Below, piece after piece: positions 1 through 8,901 of a stretch of DNA of 64,000 nucleotides. A program made the translations under genes and the position numbers. The notes beneath the pieces are model-generated. The model was not told the DNA's origin. It made no database searches and was given only the letters and a program-made list of their open reading frames with translations. Each line of letters opens with the position of its first letter. The first letter of the stretch is position 1. Source of the stretch: an uncultured Candidatus Saccharibacteria bacterium (GTDB lineage: Bacteria > Patescibacteriota > Minisyncoccia > 2-02-FULL-40-12 > GWA2-44-9); assembly GCA_964513645.1 (NCBI GenBank), contig CAZENF010000002.1:8090-72089 (forward strand), read 5' to 3'.

Positions 1-1904
1 CTTTGCCCGGATGTATACACATCCAATAGCCATCCCTGGCCGCTAAAAGATAGGCTTTTGCTCAAAACCATAGCAGAACTTGCTCCATAATTGGAAGGTT
101 TTATCCATACTGAGATCGACATCGGACCCAGATTATTTAATAAAGATCCAGAAGTAGTGACCGCTGTATTTGCAGGACCGCCGAAATTTAAAGCTTGGCC
201 GATTTTGCCCGGAACTTTTGTCGGGCCGTTGGTAAGGGTGCCCGAGTTGCCGTTGCCGGATTTGTCGTCCATTTTGTTTGAGCTGTGGATGTCGGCTCCG
301 TCCATCGTCCAATAGCCGACGAGGCCGTTGGTAAGGGATTGGGTTTTGGAGGCGTTGAATTTGGTTTGGGTCTGCTGGTATAGGCGGGAAATCTCTTCTC
401 CGGAAAGAGCACGGTTATACACTCTGGCATCATCTAGAATAGCGTTATTGAGTATTGGCGTAGCAGCAGAATAATTATTGCCCATGCCGACAGTCCCGAC
501 TAAATCCGAAATAGTATCGCAAGCCTTACTGCTAATCAATGACCCATTTTTATAAAAATACATATTCCCTCCTGTATGAGTTAGGGTATACATGTTCCAT
601 TGATTCAGGACTGTTGGGCTCGAGACAACATTATTTAAAAAGGAAGTGCCTGAACATAGCCCGCATATATTTGAAGTCCCTTTGCCAATGGCAAAATAAC
701 CGCCGTGATTACCGGATGAATTATCAGAATCTTCTATGAACTCCTCTCCCTGTCCCTGAACACAGGCATTATTATCCGAGCCATTTGCCGTTGGATAAAC
801 CCAGACCGAGAATGTTCCGTCATTGGCAGACATGTAGCTTGAGAGTGGGGCTGTTGTACTGACATAACTTGATGCCGTACCATTGAATTTTAATCCCTGA
901 CCAACTTTGCCAGGCGCGATGGTCGGCGGCAGAGAACCATTCAAAGTGCCGTTAAAATTCTTGCCCGAACGGTCCTTGGCGATGGTACCGGATGAACCCA
1001 TATCCGCTCCATCAAATGTCCAGTATCCGGTCAGGCCTCTGGATAGTGGGTCACCGGTGGTCGATGAACCACCCGAAGTTGAATGATTAAATTTTGAACC
1101 CGAACCGATGGTGTAGAGACGCTGGATTTCGGTGGCAGATAAGACACGGTTGTAGATGCGCACATCGTCGATAGAACCATTAAAATTCTGGCTTAAAGAC
1201 TGCGCTTGATTACCTATTAAATTAGATGTTGATGAGAACGAAGGACGAGTGTAATTAAAGCTTGTTGCATCTTTAGAGCCATCAATATATAGATTAGCAG
1301 TGCCATTATTATCTGTCCAAACAATATGATGCCAGGATTTATCAAAAGCAACGCCAGTTGATAAAACATCATTCAAGGGCGTTGTGACGCCATTAGTTAG
1401 ATAAAGGTCCACCTTACCAGTATTACCACTCGCATCAGTTCCAAGCCCAAATAGCGTTGAACTATTACAAGGAGGGCCCCCATTACATTCTCCCCAGACA
1501 ACCTTGTCAGCTTGTTTATCGCCTTTGACCCATACCGATATCGAATAGGCAGTATTGTTAGCATAAAGAGGAAATGAGCTTGTGTTATTCGTTATTGCCA
1601 CGTAGCTATTCACTCCATTGAAATTAAGTGCCTGCCCGATTTTGCCCGGTATTGCTGTCGGACCGTTGGTGAGGGTGCCTGAATTGCCGTTGCCGGATTT
1701 GTCATCTGTCTTATTTGAACTCTGGTGGGTATCCAACCCGTCGAAGGTCCAATAGCCGACGAGGCCGCTGTTTAAGCCGAGGTATGTCGGAGCTTTAATG
1801 ATAGTGCCGGCTTCGGCTCCGAGAGGAGCAGTTAAGAAAAATACCAAGCACCAAATTACAAATCCCAAATAAGTTCCAATTTTAAAATTCCAAATTTTAA
1901 ACAT
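1..1904 (-). CDS. Secreted protein with repeated LamG/concanavalin-A-like lectin domains, N-terminus complete and C-terminus cut by the window edge
   Basis: ATG at 1904..1902 starts MFKIWNFKIGTYLGFVIWCLVFFLTAPLGAEA, a signal peptide. Two copies of the LamG-type motif LVGYWTFDG...DKSGNGN(S)GTL.NGPT..PGKIGQALNF are visible at about 1760 and about 320. The track shows no complete ORF of 60 aa or more in any other frame across 440-1900, which fits one open frame running off the edge. Confidence 0.6.
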   Translation of the reverse strand, partial: MFKIWNFKIGTYLGFVIWCLVFFLTAPLGAEAGTIIKAPTYLGLNSGLVGYWTFDGLDTHQSSNKTDDKSGNGNSGTLTNGPTAIPGKIGQALNFNGVNSYVAITNNTSSFPLYANNTAYSISVWVKGDKQADKVVWGECNGGPPCNSSTLFGLGTDASGNTGKVDLYLTNGVTTPLNDVLSTGVAFDKSWHHIVWTDNNGTANLYIDGSKDATSFNYTRPSFSSTSNLIGNQAQSLSQNFNGSIDDVRIYNRVLSATEIQRLYTIGSGSKFNHSTSGGSSTTGDPLSRGLTGYWTFDGADMGSSGTIAKDRSGKNFNGTLNGSLPPTIAPGKVGQGLKFNGTASSYVSTTAPLSSYMSANDGTFSVWVYPTANGSDNNACVQGQGEEFIEDSDNSSGNHGGYFAIGKGTSNICGLCSGTSFLNNVVSSPTVLNQWNMYTLTHTGGNMYFYKNGSLISSKACDTISDLVGTVGMGNNYSAATPILNNAILDDARVYNRALSGEEISRLYQQTQTKFNASKTQSLTNGLVGYWTMDGADIHSSNKMDDKSGNGNSGTLTNGPTKVPGKIGQALNFGGPANTAVTTSGSLLNNLGPMSISVWIKPSNYGASSAMVLSKSLSFSGQGWLLDVYTSGQ

Positions 1905-1909
1905 AAAAA

Positions 1910-2275
1910 TTATAAACTTTTTCCAGCTATCGAAGATAAAATCTTCTTGAGTTCAGTAGCTTCCTGAATTAATTTATTTCCCAAAATACTAAATTCATTA
2001 TCGTTGGTATCCATTATCAATCTTAACCAATAAATACTTTCTTTAGACTCCTTGCGAAAAATTTTTATTCTCATTAGAAAATCTTTTTTGCTTAATGATT
2101 CGTTAGCTTCTATATAATTAGCTCCGATGGAACCAGAAGATCTAATTACTTGTTTCACATATTCAGTATTAACGTTGGTCTTGGGTAATTTTTTTGAGAA
2201 CAAGGCAACATCCCGGGCAAAATTATAAGATCTTTCTTCTAAATCGTAAGGTTTGGAATTTGCTTTTTCTGCCAT
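1910..2275 (-). CDS. Four-helix-bundle protein (TIGR02436-like, the family often found in 23S rRNA intervening sequences)
   Basis: The 121-aa product has the characteristic SIGANYIEA...KDF...IA.KE..E..YWL motif pattern. Confidence 0.55.
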   Translation of the reverse strand: MAEKANSKPYDLEERSYNFARDVALFSKKLPKTNVNTEYVKQVIRSSGSIGANYIEANESLSKKDFLMRIKIFRKESKESIYWLRLIMDTNDNEFSILGNKLIQEATELKKILSSIAGKSL

Positions 2276-2323
2276 TGGAATTTATTTGGGATTTGATACT
2301 TGTTATTTGTAATTTATGGGCGG

Positions 2324-2920
2324 TTATTTCCATTTCCATGTATTCAAGGTCTGACTGATGAGATCGGTGGCGGTTTTGGGTCCAGTTACCTGGTACAATC
2401 GTCCGCTGTGGACGACCCAGACCTCAAAGGTCGCACCCATCGTGTCATCGTTGCCGTCAAAGACCAACGCTTGAGTATTATCGAGCTTGGCATCGCGGGG
2501 GTCATTGATAACCGTATCGGGCAGGTCCTGATGAATACGATCGGAGGTTAAAGCGCCTGGTTCATCGAACGGAAAAGAAAATATCTGGAAACCACTGCCA
2601 TTTTTATCTTCAACCGTTACCACGTCCTGCTTGTTGTTTCCGGGTTCATCTGTAACTTTAAATCCGTCCGGATATCGGATAGCAAACCCGGGACCAGCGA
2701 AATCTTTGCTTAAGGAATCAAAAACTATCGGCTGGGTAAATATTGCATCTGGCTGATTGGAAGTCTGATCTGTTGTCGCAAGAGGCGTTGGCGTTAAGTT
2801 GATTATCTGGGCCATTTTACTGTGGCTGGAGTAACGGAAATAGGCGCCCGCACCTACTGCGCCTAAGACGACCAGGACCAAAATAAATTTGCGCATATTA
2901 TTTAAAATACCAAATTCCAA
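2324..2920 (-). CDS. Hypothetical secreted or membrane-anchored protein
   Basis: The ORF has an N-terminal hydrophobic segment MRKFILVLVVLGAVGAGAYF. The start is ambiguous: a TTG at 2920 or the ATG at 2896. Confidence 0.45.
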   Translation of the reverse strand: MEFGILNNMRKFILVLVVLGAVGAGAYFRYSSHSKMAQIINLTPTPLATTDQTSNQPDAIFTQPIVFDSLSKDFAGPGFAIRYPDGFKVTDEPGNNKQDVVTVEDKNGSGFQIFSFPFDEPGALTSDRIHQDLPDTVINDPRDAKLDNTQALVFDGNDDTMGATFEVWVVHSGRLYQVTGPKTATDLISQTLNTWKWK

Positions 2921-2973
2921 GCGCCAAATTACAAATTAGAATTATTTGGAATTTGGGGTTTGTTATTTGGAAT

Positions 2974-3417
2974 TTACAAATTTAACTTGTTATCTTCTCT
3001 GTCCAAGACTTGGTTGACCAGTTTATCCGCGTCCGTGTTCTTGCCGCGTAGAACGTGTTTGAACTCAACTTTTCCGAAATCGAGTTTCAGATTGTGGACC
3101 TCGATGAACAATTTCTGGATGTTGTCGTCCTTTACTTTATACTCATGACTCAACTGTTTGACCAGAAGCTCGCTGTCCATATAAAAGATCAAGTGGCTTT
3201 TGGCAGCATTATCCCCGCCGACAAGCTGTTTAACTTTTTTTAAAGCAAAAATAACCGCCCGGTACTCGGCTTCATTGTTCGTGGTAATACCGATATATTC
3301 ACCGTATTCTGAAGCGCCCATCACCTGACCCTTGATAACGACACCAATCGCCGCCGGACCTGGATTGCCCCGCGAACCTCCGTCAGTATGGATTGTGAAC
3401 TTTAAACCTCTTTCCAT
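2974..3417 (-). CDS. rnhA: Ribonuclease H (RNase HI type)
   Basis: Motifs TDGGSRGNPGPAA and TNNEAEY match the RNase H fold, as does the ~147 aa length. Confidence 0.7.
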   Translation of the reverse strand: MERGLKFTIHTDGGSRGNPGPAAIGVVIKGQVMGASEYGEYIGITTNNEAEYRAVIFALKKVKQLVGGDNAAKSHLIFYMDSELLVKQLSHEYKVKDDNIQKLFIEVHNLKLDFGKVEFKHVLRGKNTDADKLVNQVLDREDNKLNL

Positions 3418-4235
3418 GGGATTTCGTTTAATGTTTTTACTTCAAAACCTGCCGCCTGTTTATGCCCGCCGCCGCCGTATCTCTTGGCCATTTGGCCGAC
3501 ATCAACAGAACCGTCAGACCTTAATGAAACAATTACCACATCTTTATCATAACTCCAACTGATAGACATCGGCGGAAGTTTTTTATACAAAACCTCGCAA
3601 ACACCTGAAGCATAGAGATGAGGAGCATTCACCGCATATGTTCTGTGACCTTCGAACGTTACCAGACGCGCTGTGTCCTCGACTATTTCCTTCATCATCC
3701 TGTTCTCATACCTGACGATTAAGGAGCCCTGTTCTGACATATTGTTCAACTTCTTATCTGATTCCATCTCGCCGGCTAAACGGTCCCAATTTTTAAAATT
3801 TAGATCCGTAAGGTCAAGAAAGGCACAGATTTCTTTTGTGTTCTTCATTTTGAACTGAAAAAGGTCACGGTCTTCGATATATAAGCAAAGCTGCGGGATT
3901 TTTTGGTCAGGGAAAAAATATTTCCAGGCCAGAACCGCGCCCGAATGAGAATTGTCAAAAAGGGGCTTCTGGGTCATCTCGGCCGCTTCTTTTCCGGTGG
4001 CATGATGGTCAATGATAGTAACCTCCCGGTTGTTTTTTAAAATTTCTTTCAGAACCGGCAGACTGACCGCAAAATCTATCAGATATACCCGCTTGCCCAC
4101 AATGTCTCGAGGCGCGGGGTCTTGATAATGGATTGGCCGGTATTCTGCCGTATCGCCGAATTTTTTCCAGGCCACCCAGGCGGCAGTAAAACCGTCACTG
4201 CAGCCGGCATGGTATAAGATGACTGTGTTTTTCAT
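3402..4235 (-). CDS. DHH/DHHA1 family phosphoesterase (NrnA-like nanoRNase/pAp phosphatase)
   Basis: A DHH motif TIIDHH and a C-terminal DHHA1 motif GGGGH..AAG are present. I place the start at ATG 4235 (MKNTVILYHAG), 1 nt after the pgk stop; the longer ORF in the track overlaps pgk. Confidence 0.65.
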   Translation of the reverse strand: MKNTVILYHAGCSDGFTAAWVAWKKFGDTAEYRPIHYQDPAPRDIVGKRVYLIDFAVSLPVLKEILKNNREVTIIDHHATGKEAAEMTQKPLFDNSHSGAVLAWKYFFPDQKIPQLCLYIEDRDLFQFKMKNTKEICAFLDLTDLNFKNWDRLAGEMESDKKLNNMSEQGSLIVRYENRMMKEIVEDTARLVTFEGHRTYAVNAPHLYASGVCEVLYKKLPPMSISWSYDKDVVIVSLRSDGSVDVGQMAKRYGGGGHKQAAGFEVKTLNEIPWKEV

Positions 4236-4236
4236 T

Positions 4237-5337
4237 TTATTTATAATATCCCAAAGCTTCGAGGCCCGGCATTCGTTTGCCGGCCAGAAATTCGAGCATT
4301 GCTCCCCCGCCGGTCGAAACAAAATCCAATTTATTAAAGATACCCAAATGGTCGACCGCTGAAATAGTATCTCCGCCACCGATAACCTTGTAGCCGCCGG
4401 ATGAGACAACAGCCATACCGACAGCATCAGTTCCGGCCGAGAATCTCGGATCTTCGAACAATCCGAGCGGGCCGTTCCAGATGACTATTTTTGAATTTTT
4501 AATTACTTTAGAGAACTTGGCAACGGTCTTAGGACCGATGTCGTATATTTTACTCTCAAAAATATTAAAATCTTCCGGCAGGACAAGTTTTGTGTCATCG
4601 AGGTCAAGACCAAAAAGAAGCTCTTTTGAATTAGCATCTGACATTGAAGTACCGATATCAACGCCTTTTTCTTTCAAGATATCATTGGCTACAACTCCGC
4701 CCAGAAGTATTTTTTCGGCTTTATCCGTAAAATTCTTCACGACCGGGACCTTTGTTTCGGCTTTGGCTCCGCCGATTACGATAATTTTTCCCTCTTTGGG
4801 CATATCAATCACTTCCTGAAGTTTAGCTGTTTCTTCCTGAACAAGCGGGCCCGGATAAGATGTCAGAAAATGCGTAACAGCTGAAACCGAAGCATGTTCG
4901 CGATGACAGACGGCAAATGCGTTGTTGGCGTAAACATCGAACCCGGTCGATAAATTTTTGGCAAATTCAGTATCATTCTCCTCTTCACCGGGCCAATTGC
5001 GCAGATTCTCGAGAAGATAAAGTTCTCCCGGTTTAAGACCGACAACGGTTTGATTTAATTTAGCAGGGTCATCAATAAAATTTATCTTATGGCCGAGAAC
5101 GCTTTCAAGTTCTTGAAGAAGCGGTTTGAACGATGGCTTGCCGTTTTCCTTTGGCCCGTCTTTTATATGAGCTATCATTACCACCCCACAATTTTCAAGA
5201 AGCCGGTCAATAGCCGGTTTTTGTTTTTCTATTCTAAATTTCTCGGCTATCTTTCCATCCGAAGCCGGCACATCAAAATCAACTCTTAACAGAATTTTTT
5301 TATAATTTTTACTTAAGATTTCAGGAAAAGATCTCAT
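4237..5337 (-). CDS. pgk: Phosphoglycerate kinase
   Basis: The N-terminal LLRVDFDVP motif and overall PGK-like sequence at ~366 aa. Confidence 0.9.
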   Translation of the reverse strand: MRSFPEILSKNYKKILLRVDFDVPASDGKIAEKFRIEKQKPAIDRLLENCGVVMIAHIKDGPKENGKPSFKPLLQELESVLGHKINFIDDPAKLNQTVVGLKPGELYLLENLRNWPGEEENDTEFAKNLSTGFDVYANNAFAVCHREHASVSAVTHFLTSYPGPLVQEETAKLQEVIDMPKEGKIIVIGGAKAETKVPVVKNFTDKAEKILLGGVVANDILKEKGVDIGTSMSDANSKELLFGLDLDDTKLVLPEDFNIFESKIYDIGPKTVAKFSKVIKNSKIVIWNGPLGLFEDPRFSAGTDAVGMAVVSSGGYKVIGGGDTISAVDHLGIFNKLDFVSTGGGAMLEFLAGKRMPGLEALGYYK

Positions 5338-6122
5338 GATAATAGCTGGCCGGCGGTGGCCATTAGGACCTTAACAAATTCCTCTTTGTTCACGCTCGCC
5401 GAACCGACAAGGACACCATTGATGTCTTTGTGTTTAAGAAATTCGGCGGCGTTCTTTGAATTGACGGAACCACCGTATAAAAATAAATTTCCAATTTCCA
5501 ATTTCCAATTTCCAATTAAGGTATCTCGGATTATTTTTATCGATTCGAGCGCGGAGTCAGGGGTATCAGGTTTGGCGCCGAGATTTGATGAGATTGCCCA
5601 AACCGGTTCATAAGCAACAAGACATTTACCTACCTCGTCGGATGTCAGGTCTTTAAAAGTATTCTTAACTTGCTCCTCGAGGAATTTTTTAAAACCTTCA
5701 TTCCTCTCTCTTTCACCGATACAGACAACCGGTGTCAGACCGTTACGCAGAGACGCCTTTAATTTTTTATTGACCAGTTCGTCCGATTCGCCAAGTTTCC
5801 AGCGTCTTTCAGAATGCCCGATGATAACGTACTCCACACCGAGACGAGTAAGCATCGGGCCAGAAACTTCGCCGGTCAGAGCACCCTTATCTTCGGTCGA
5901 GATGTCTTGGGCGCCCAAAGCGGCCTCGTGTTCAAGGTGAGACATATTCAGTTCTTTTGAAACTTCTTCCAGAAAAACAAAAGGCGGACAAAAAACCAGT
6001 CCGAACTTTTCTTTTTCGTTCAGCGAACCGAGATAATCATCGACGTATTCTAAAATATCCCTGGCTTCGGCCAGAGTTTGGGGAGACATTTTCCAATTGG
6101 CGATGATTGTTTTCTTGTCCAT
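5334..6122 (-). CDS. tpiA: Triosephosphate isomerase
   Basis: Motifs IANWKM, GHSERR and YGGSV are present. It overlaps pgk by 4 nt. Confidence 0.9.
   Translation of the reverse strand: MDKKTIIANWKMSPQTLAEARDILEYVDDYLGSLNEKEKFGLVFCPPFVFLEEVSKELNMSHLEHEAALGAQDISTEDKGALTGEVSGPMLTRLGVEYVIIGHSERRWKLGESDELVNKKLKASLRNGLTPVVCIGERERNEGFKKFLEEQVKNTFKDLTSDEVGKCLVAYEPVWAISSNLGAKPDTPDSALESIKIIRDTLIGNWKLEIGNLFLYGGSVNSKNAAEFLKHKDINGVLVGSASVNKEEFVKVLMATAGQLLS
5489..5516. repeat. (TTTCCAA)x4 heptamer tandem repeat inside the tpiA coding sequence
   Basis: Direct reading of the sequence; it encodes IGNWKLEIGNL. Confidence 0.7.
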
Positions 6123-7114
6123 TATATTTTGGCGTTCTTTAACATATTCGCGGCCTCGTCGGGATCAACGACATTTATCTCAACGCCGGTGCCGATCTCA
6201 AAACCGGCATCGATCTTCATGTGCGGGATGACTTCGACATGCCAGCGGTAGAATTCGTGCATTTCAGTATTGAAGTTGCTTGCCAAAGGCGCAGTATGAA
6301 TGAAAAAGTTAAAAGCCGGTTTGCCTAGCGCAACCTTGAGTCTCTGGATGCTTTGATGGAGCGCGTCAGCAAAAAGCGCGTCTTTGTGATCCGGCATTTG
6401 TTCGAAGTGGGCGTGATTCTCTTTGGGGAATATTCTTTGTTCATAGGGGTATTTTGAAACATAAGGGCAGAAGACCACGAACTCATCGTTCTCGTAGACG
6501 ACTCTGGTTTTCTGGGCAAGTTCCCAGTTGACCACTTCATCGTAAACTCTTTTTTTATTTTTTTTATAGTATTCGTGTGAACCGTTGATACTGTGATTAA
6601 CGTCGGGCGGGAGTATCGGCATCGTGATTATTTGGGAATGAGGATGAAAAATACTCGCTCCGGCTTCGGCACCGTGATTGTGGAAAATCAAAATATAACG
6701 GGTACACTCTATCTTCTTGGCAAGTTCGAGATAGCGACGTTTATAGACCTTAACCGCACCAGTTATATCTTCGACGCTAAAGTCATCGAACCTCCGCTCA
6801 TGATCACGGTACACCACCACTTCGTGGTCACCGACAGCTAAATGAGATTTGAAGGGGCCGACTTCAGTATCCTGACCGCAGACGCCGGCTTTTAAAGCCG
6901 GGTATTTGTTTTTTATAACCGCAATCTTCCAGTTCTTGTCATCCGGATATGTCCAGACGAGTTCCTGGCCGGTTTCGACGAGTTCCTCAAAAGGACATCC
7001 TTCCGGAGATTGATAAACATCCTGAACACTGCGCGAATCGGAACGTTTCGAACGGCCGGTCGCAAAAAGCACCCATTCGCCTGATACTAAATCTTGTCTG
7101 AATTCGTTTAACAA
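6122..7114 (-). CDS. galT: Galactose-1-phosphate uridylyltransferase family (HIT superfamily, GalT-like)
   Basis: FHNHGAEAGASIFHPHSQI compares with E. coli FENKGAAMGCSNPHPHGQI. An N-terminal ...GEWVLFATGRSKR and a CPF motif also match. Confidence 0.65.
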   Translation of the reverse strand: MLNEFRQDLVSGEWVLFATGRSKRSDSRSVQDVYQSPEGCPFEELVETGQELVWTYPDDKNWKIAVIKNKYPALKAGVCGQDTEVGPFKSHLAVGDHEVVVYRDHERRFDDFSVEDITGAVKVYKRRYLELAKKIECTRYILIFHNHGAEAGASIFHPHSQIITMPILPPDVNHSINGSHEYYKKNKKRVYDEVVNWELAQKTRVVYENDEFVVFCPYVSKYPYEQRIFPKENHAHFEQMPDHKDALFADALHQSIQRLKVALGKPAFNFFIHTAPLASNFNTEMHEFYRWHVEVIPHMKIDAGFEIGTGVEINVVDPDEAANMLKNAKI

Positions 7115-7123
7115 AACAAGGTC

Positions 7124-7218
7124 GTAGTATGTAGTATGTAGTATGTAGTATGGTTTTGGAATAAGATTCTTAAAACATTTTCTGATCCTTGCTACATGCT
7201 ACTTGATGCATGCTACTT
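7124..7218. repeat. (GTAGTAT)x4 tandem heptamer, followed by an inverted (ATGCTAC)-type repeat block
   Basis: 7124-7151 is gtagtat x4. 7191-7218 is gctacatgctacttgatgcatgctactt, which is the complement with G-U tolerance. It lies between the GT2 stop and the galT start. Confidence 0.7.
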
Positions 7219-7220
7219 AT

Positions 7221-7940
7221 TTAACTATACTTCCCCGTCATCAAACCCCACCTTATCTTAATTGTATCAAATAAAACTTCTTTGTAAGCTTCGAGGCCAA
7301 CATGAGAATTAGGATTGTTATGCCAATCCACCGGAAGTTCTTTTATTTTGAATTTGTACTTCAGGGCTATAGCCAGCATCTCAACATCAAAACCCCAGCG
7401 TTCTATCGTCAATTTCGGAAAGATCGTTTCGGCGGCTTTGGCGGTTACGAGCTTAAAACCTCTCTGGGTATCGTAAATTCCGGGTACGGCCATTATCTGA
7501 ATGAACAGATTTCCTAATTTACCGAAGATCCTCCGCCACAATGGCTCGCTGCCAGAAGAAATCTTATGTCCGCTGATGGCTATAGAACCAATGACGACCT
7601 GGTACCCTTGGTTAGTGTAAGGAAAAAACTTGTCGAGATGATCAATAGAGGTTGAGTTATCGGCATCAGTAAATACCCGGAAATCGCCTTTCGCCTCGAG
7701 CATTCCCTGTTTAACCGCATAGCCCTTGCCGTGGTTCTCCTGGTTCACAACAGCGCGGAGACCTTTTATCTCTGGCTCAAGTGATTTGACCACTTCTCCG
7801 GTCCGGTCTTTTATTCCGTCAATGATAACCAAAATCTCGTAATCATAACTCTGCCTTTTTAAATAGGCATCAATAGACTTGAGAGTCGAGGTTATAACAT
7901 TCTCTTCTTTGTAAGCCGGGATGATGACGCTTAGATACAT
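7221..7940 (-). CDS. Family 2 glycosyltransferase (DPM1-like)
   Basis: N-terminal VIIPAYKEE, a DAD motif, and GT2 architecture. Confidence 0.75.
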   Translation of the reverse strand: MYLSVIIPAYKEENVITSTLKSIDAYLKRQSYDYEILVIIDGIKDRTGEVVKSLEPEIKGLRAVVNQENHGKGYAVKQGMLEAKGDFRVFTDADNSTSIDHLDKFFPYTNQGYQVVIGSIAISGHKISSGSEPLWRRIFGKLGNLFIQIMAVPGIYDTQRGFKLVTAKAAETIFPKLTIERWGFDVEMLAIALKYKFKIKELPVDWHNNPNSHVGLEAYKEVLFDTIKIRWGLMTGKYS

Positions 7941-8021
7941 AGATAACTATTATAATACACCAGACCTGGATTGAGACCAACCCTTGACGAGTGACCAGAA
8001 ACCCTGTATTATCCTTCGGAT

Positions 8022-8900
8022 ATGGATGATTTCCCTATTATATATGTAAGGCCGGGTGATAAGGATTACCCCCAACTTCTGTCAAAAATAGCCGACCCGC
8101 CACAAGGGCTTTATTGCCGCGGGAACATTAAGCTTCTGAACACCTTTTGTTTCAGTATTGTCGGCACCCGCAAAATAACTTCTTACGGCCAGGAAGCGGT
8201 TGACCATATTGTCTCCGGGCTTGCCGGGACCGGCTGGACCATCGTCAGCGGACTCGCCTTGGGAGTTGATGCGGCCGCCCACCGAGCCGCTCTCGAAAAC
8301 GGTCTGCCGACCATTGCCGTCATCGGTTCTCCGGTAGATGACGAGGGTATCGCTCCGAGAACAAATCTTAAGCTTGCCAAAGAAATACTCGAAGCCGGCG
8401 GACTTATAATTTCTGAATACGAAAAACCCAATGAAGTATTTCCGGCAAATTACGCCATCCGGGACCGGATAACCAGCGGCTTGTCCAAGGGAGTCCTGAT
8501 AATTGAAGGCGCGGAGGAAAGCGGTTCTCTGATAACCGCCAAGTCGGCCGCTGACCAGAATCGAGATGTGTTTGCGGTCCCGGGAAATATTTTTTCAAAC
8601 GTTTCAAAGGGAACTAATGCCCTAATAAAAAGCGGTGCAAAGATGGTAACTTCGGCCGAAGACATAATCGAAGAATATTCAAAAAATGCCCAGCTTAAAC
8701 TACCCGCCAAAGTTGACATATCAACAAAAGATCCGGTTGGTCAAAAAATCCTTGCTATACTTGATGAAAAGGGCGAGCTCTCGGCAGATAAAATCATCAG
8801 AGAACTCGAGATGGAGCCGTCAAAAGTAATTTCATCCCTGTCGATGCTTGAATTAAACGACCGGATAAAAAATATTAACGGAAAATATAGATCAAATTAA
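8022..8900 (+). CDS. dprA: DNA processing protein DprA/Smf
   Basis: The GLALGVDAAAHRAAL Rossmann-like DprA core is present. Confidence 0.8.
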   Translation: MDDFPIIYVRPGDKDYPQLLSKIADPPQGLYCRGNIKLLNTFCFSIVGTRKITSYGQEAVDHIVSGLAGTGWTIVSGLALGVDAAAHRAALENGLPTIAVIGSPVDDEGIAPRTNLKLAKEILEAGGLIISEYEKPNEVFPANYAIRDRITSGLSKGVLIIEGAEESGSLITAKSAADQNRDVFAVPGNIFSNVSKGTNALIKSGAKMVTSAEDIIEEYSKNAQLKLPAKVDISTKDPVGQKILAILDEKGELSADKIIRELEMEPSKVISSLSMLELNDRIKNINGKYRSN

Positions 8901-8901
8901 A

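Noticed and set aside
91-739. Small track ORFs 91..315(+), 188..433(-) and 539..739(+)
   Set aside because: They lie inside the long unterminated minus-strand LamG reading frame. They are frame-shadow ORFs with no motifs.
5489-5516. (TTTCCAA)4 in tpiA as a possible insertion or phase-variable frameshift site
   Set aside because: The encoded segment (IGNWKLEIGNLFL before YGGSV) has the same length as the corresponding E. coli TpiA segment. It is therefore not an insertion, and a 7-bp slip would inactivate an essential glycolytic gene. I keep it only as a simple-sequence-repeat observation.
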